Positions 58,709 through 64,000 of a stretch of DNA of 64,000 nt are shown in pieces. A model generated the notes under the pieces. The model searched no databases and was not told the DNA's origin. It was given only the letters and a program-made list of their open reading frames with translations. The position numbers and the translations under genes are program-made. The first letter of the stretch is position 1. Each line of letters begins with the position of its first letter. Source of the stretch: an uncultured delta proteobacterium (GTDB lineage Bacteria > Desulfobacterota > Binatia > UBA9968); NCBI GenBank assembly GCA_963745035.1, contig CAVUVW010000017.1, positions 64,001 through 128,000 on the forward strand. Direction: 5' to 3'.

Positions 58709-59785
58709 TCAACGCAGTTGGCCGCCCGGTATATGACAGAACGCGCTCATCTCGTGCGCGGACGTGACCGGCTGCGCTTTGCAGACGTAATTAGCGGTAA
58801 TCTGATCGATGCGGGTCACGCCCATCAGTGCCATGTCAATCGTGATCTCTTCTTCGAGCAACTCAAGAACCTTCACCAGTCCGGCTTGACCGCCGGCGCC
58901 GAGCCCCCAACCCTGTAACTTGCCGATCGTGACGGCGCTGGCGCCAAGCGCCAAGGCTTTCACGACGTCCGTGCCTCGCGTCACGCCGCCGTCTAGGACG
59001 ATCGGAATTTTGCCGTTCACCGCCGCGGCGATTTCCGGCAGCGTGTCGATGGTGCCGAGGCCGTGGTCGAGCTGGCGGCCGCCGTGGTTGGAAATGTAGA
59101 TCACGTCGACGCCATGCTCGACGGCGAGCTTGGCGTCTTCCGCCGTGGCGATGCCTTTGATGATCAACGGCATGCCGGCGATTTTTTTGATCTCCTTGGC
59201 CATCTCCCAGGTGAGCATCGCTTGATAGATGCGCCCGGACTCCCTGTGGCGGCTGGGCGGCTGCCAGCGGTTGAGCAGCGGCCGCTCGCGCCGGCTGTAG
59301 TGCGCGGTGTCGACGGTCAGGCAGAGCGCGATGTAGCCGGCCTTTTTCACTCGTCCGACAATCTCCGCGCACCAGTCAAGACCACCGCGAATGTAGAGCT
59401 GAAAAATTTTCGGATGGTCAATGCAGGCGGCGACTTCTTCGAGGGTCGGTTGCGTCACTGAGCTGAGAAAGTTCATCGTGCCGAACTCCGCCGCCGCTTT
59501 GGCCACAGCAACGCCGCCTTGGGGCGTGATTGTTTGCAGCGACCCGATGGGCGCCATCATCACCGGGATGCGCAGCTTCTGTCCGAGAAACGTCGTTGAA
59601 GTATCAACCTTGGAAACATCGATCAGCACGCGCGGCCTGAGCGCCAGGCAATCAAATCCCATGCGGTTGCGTCGCATGGTCGTTTCCGATTCCGCGCCTC
59701 CTGTTAAATAATCCCACACGTCTTGGGTCAGATTGCGGCGCGCTGCTTGGATGATTTCTTGGTTGCTGACGTATTCGAGGCTCAT
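58709..59785 (-). CDS. FMN-dependent alpha-hydroxy-acid oxidase/dehydrogenase
   Basis: YLTGGAESE, FQLY, LTVD, IKGI, SNHGGRQLD, DGGVTRG. Confidence 0.92.
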   Translation of the reverse strand: MSLEYVSNQEIIQAARRNLTQDVWDYLTGGAESETTMRRNRMGFDCLALRPRVLIDVSKVDTSTTFLGQKLRIPVMMAPIGSLQTITPQGGVAVAKAAAEFGTMNFLSSVTQPTLEEVAACIDHPKIFQLYIRGGLDWCAEIVGRVKKAGYIALCLTVDTAHYSRRERPLLNRWQPPSRHRESGRIYQAMLTWEMAKEIKKIAGMPLIIKGIATAEDAKLAVEHGVDVIYISNHGGRQLDHGLGTIDTLPEIAAAVNGKIPIVLDGGVTRGTDVVKALALGASAVTIGKLQGWGLGAGGQAGLVKVLELLEEEITIDMALMGVTRIDQITANYVCKAQPVTSAHEMSAFCHIPGGQLR

Positions 59786-59919
59786 GAAAGATTCTCCTCT
59801 TCGAGATTTGAAATTTTCATACTGCGCCGGAGATTATCGAAGAGCGCAGCAGACTGTCAAAGGTTTTATGCCAAAAAAGTTGCCGCAAGTCGGCTAGACT
59901 GCGCTTCGCTAACCGATCC

Positions 59920-59955
59920 GAAACGATTTGAACGGCTTGAACGTTTTGAACAGCG
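59920..59955. repeat. Degenerate 9-bp tandem repeat (TTGAACGGC-type, 4 copies)
   Basis: GAAACGATT TGAACGGCT TGAACGTTT TGAACAGCG. Confidence 0.6.
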
Positions 59956-59959
59956 GTTT

Positions 59960-60952
59960 TTATTTACAACTCATCGTCGGCTTGTAGACCTGATGGATCA
60001 CCGAGCCGGTGCTGCCGCCCTGGGTGGTGCCGCCGCCGGGAAAATGGATAAGTCCCTTGATGAAAGCCATCCCCGAAACTCCGTGTACGGCAACCGGCAT
60101 GTTTTCCAGCCGATGCCAGCTGTCGGTGACCGGATTGTAGTAGTCGTGATCGGCGTAGATGCCGTAAGGATGTTCGGAATTGCCCTCGCCGCCGAAAAGA
60201 TGAAAACAGCCATTGGCCGCTATACCGTTCACGCCGCCGCGCGGTCGGAGCATCGGTCGTCGCTTGGACCACTGGTTGGTTTTGGGGTCGAAGACTTCGA
60301 CCGCGTCGCTCTGCGGGCTTCTAAAGCCGCCTTCGAACCGGCCGCCGACCACGTAGATCTTGCCGTCGATGGCGTCCGCCGCCAGATGATTTCGCTGCGT
60401 GGGCAAATTGGGTAGCTTCGTCCAGCGGTCAGCTTTTGGATCGTACACGGCGAAGTCGGCGCCACCCGGCGGCCGCCCGCCCGCGACATAAATCTTCCCA
60501 TCGGCCACCGCTGCCGCGCCACCGCCGCGGCTCGTCGGCATGGGCGCCCGCGTGGTCCAGCGATTGGTCTTCGGATCGTACTCGTATGTGGTGTTGACGA
60601 AACCCGCCTTCGCCGGATCGCTCGACTCGGTGGTTTGACCGCCGATGACGTACACCTTGCCGTTGACCGCCGCGGCCATGACGTGATTGAGCGGCACCGG
60701 CAGCGGCGCAGCGATCTGCCATCTGTCGGTTTCCGAATCGTAAACCTGCACGGTCGGCACGGTCTTGCGATCCGACGGATAGCCGCCGACGACATAGAGC
60801 TTGCCGTCGAGCGCGGCGACGCCGGTTTCGGAATTAGACGCGGGCAGCGCCGCCAACACACTCCAGCCGTCGTAGGCGAGCTTGCGCTCCTGCGCGCTGC
60901 AAGCGGGCAGCGCGATTGTCACCAATAACAGAATCCACGCGCGAAGACTCAT
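59960..60952 (-). CDS. Exported Kelch-repeat beta-propeller protein (possible lipoprotein)
   Basis: Repeated GKLYVVGG...YDP..W units; hydrophobic leader ending LPAC. Confidence 0.88.
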   Translation of the reverse strand: MSLRAWILLLVTIALPACSAQERKLAYDGWSVLAALPASNSETGVAALDGKLYVVGGYPSDRKTVPTVQVYDSETDRWQIAAPLPVPLNHVMAAAVNGKVYVIGGQTTESSDPAKAGFVNTTYEYDPKTNRWTTRAPMPTSRGGGAAAVADGKIYVAGGRPPGGADFAVYDPKADRWTKLPNLPTQRNHLAADAIDGKIYVVGGRFEGGFRSPQSDAVEVFDPKTNQWSKRRPMLRPRGGVNGIAANGCFHLFGGEGNSEHPYGIYADHDYYNPVTDSWHRLENMPVAVHGVSGMAFIKGLIHFPGGGTTQGGSTGSVIHQVYKPTMSCK

Positions 60953-60976
60953 GATCCATCCCCCGTTAATCTATAT

Positions 60977-62650
<1,674 letters not shown>

Positions 62651-62808
62651 GGGTCGCTCCTGATTCGTCTTTGGAAATGGGTCTTAAATAAACTATGGCG
62701 TCTGGGCATTTGCAAGACGCCGCGCCGTGCGTCTAAGCAACAGCAGCCCTGCGAGCGCGGATCTCATGATATCTTGATGGCGCCCGCGGCAAATTTTACC
62801 GTGATAGA

Positions 62809-63417
62809 ATGACTATGCCAATTTTCTCGCGCAGTGTTTTCGCCTTCGCATTGATTTTACACGCCGCCGTCTCGGTTGCAGCAGCGCCTGAAATCTCCAA
62901 GGAGTACGGTGACCGATTAGAACGCAAGATAATGGAAATCGCCAAAAACGGATCTGCGGCGCCGGTTCAGCCGAAGAAAACTCTCGTCCCGGAGACAGAG
63001 CTCAATTCCTTTTTGAATTATAACCTTAAGGAGAAAATTCCCCGCGGCCTGACCAATCCGCACCTTTCCATGCTCGGCAACGGCAGCCTCGCCGGCCGGG
63101 TTTTTGTCGATCTCGACGAATTCAAGCGCCAGCGCGGCTCGGGCGGTATCATGGATCCGCTCAATTACATTTCGGGCCGAGTGCCGCTAACCGCGCGCGG
63201 CGTGCTCCGCACAAAGGATGGCAAGGGACAGTTTCAGCTTACGGCGGCGGAAATTCATCGCGTCCCGATACCCAAGCCACTCGTGCAGGAACTGGTAACG
63301 TTCTTCTCGCGTACGCGGGAGAACCCGCGTGGGATCGATATCGACGAGCCCTTCAGTTTACCCGCAAAAATCCGTGAAATTGTCGTCAATCAGGGAGAGG
63401 CCGTCGTCGTGCAGTAG
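62809..63417 (+). CDS. Exported hypothetical protein
   Basis: Signal peptide ending AVSVAA; ETELNSFL segment; no family confidently recognised. Confidence 0.7.
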   Translation: MTMPIFSRSVFAFALILHAAVSVAAAPEISKEYGDRLERKIMEIAKNGSAAPVQPKKTLVPETELNSFLNYNLKEKIPRGLTNPHLSMLGNGSLAGRVFVDLDEFKRQRGSGGIMDPLNYISGRVPLTARGVLRTKDGKGQFQLTAAEIHRVPIPKPLVQELVTFFSRTRENPRGIDIDEPFSLPAKIREIVVNQGEAVVVQ

Positions 63418-63580
63418 CTTGCCCGAAACGACCTCACGCCATCCGGCAACAGAATTTTCCGTGAAAAACTGATTTTAATTCAAAGGCGCCTTCTGCGTGC
63501 GCTTCACTGCTCATGCCTCGGTAAGACCTGCTATAATTCAGGCTGGAAATTCAGTTCATCAAAGGAGAGCGCGGCAACCG

Positions 63581-64000
63581 ATGTCCATCGAATATCGTTT
63601 CGGTAACGACCTGGATCTCGACCAGATGATCGATCTCTACCGCGCATCCACGCTCGGTGAACGGCGGCCCGTCGACGACCGGCAAACGATGGGGCAGATG
63701 CTGCAACATGCCAATCTCGTGATCACGGCGTGGGACGGAGACTTGTTGGTCGGTATCGCCCGCACGCTGACCGATTTTGGTTATGTCGGTTATCTGGCGG
63801 ACCTCGCCGTTCGCCTGGAATATCAACGCCACGGCATCGGGGTCCATCTCATCACACTCACGCGTGAGAGAATGGGCCAGCGCTCGATGCTGGTGTTGCT
63901 CGCCGCGCCGAAGGCTGCTGGATACTATCCGAAGATCGGTTTTACGCGGCATGAAAGCGCCTGGATTCTGCGCGAGGGCGACCGACTCATCGCGGACGCT
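63581..64000 (+). CDS. GNAT N-acetyltransferase (runs off the window end; not in ORF track)
   Basis: GGAGAG RBS; MSIEYRFG...LVGIARTLTDF..YLADLAV..YQRHGIG...YYPKIGF. Confidence 0.88.
   Translation, partial: MSIEYRFGNDLDLDQMIDLYRASTLGERRPVDDRQTMGQMLQHANLVITAWDGDLLVGIARTLTDFGYVGYLADLAVRLEYQRHGIGVHLITLTRERMGQRSMLVLLAAPKAAGYYPKIGFTRHESAWILREGDRLIADA

Noticed and set aside
58709-59785. Mycofactocin MftD assignment
   Set aside because: No mftA/B/C nearby; only a family-level call is supported
63551-63952. Minus-strand 133-aa ORF
   Set aside because: Antisense to a clear plus-strand GNAT gene

Overview
High-GC bacterial chromosome segment. Gene content (Bug/TctC, UbiD, XdhA-family, FMN oxidases, NtrBC) suggests a Deltaproteobacteria-like lineage such as Ca. 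Binatia; this is inference. Many genes in 7-38 kb and 47-49 kb, including essential ones (infB, nusA, cca), are split across reading frames, most likely by consensus indel errors. The core backbone includes rimP-nusA-ylxR-infB-ylxP-rbfA-truB, pckG, dnaB, queF, thiE, cca, ilvD and an NtrB/NtrC-like pair. Main points of interest: (1) a visibly lower-GC island at about 49.8-58.7 kb encoding a sigma-factor-free partner-switching module (3 STAS proteins, a periplasmic binding protein, a HAMP-PP2C-RsbW-kinase fusion, an unusual MBL hydrolase with a degenerate HATPase-like tail) plus a NOX-like flavocytochrome and an Ivy remnant; (2) a three-subunit Co-type thiocyanate-hydrolase-like operon behind pckG; (3) a heme-oxygenase-like diiron gene heading a formate dehydrogenase / MobA-MoaD fusion / AOR cluster; (4) a phased DnaA-box-like cluster upstream of dnaB. 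No rRNA, tRNA, CRISPR or transposase was recognised.
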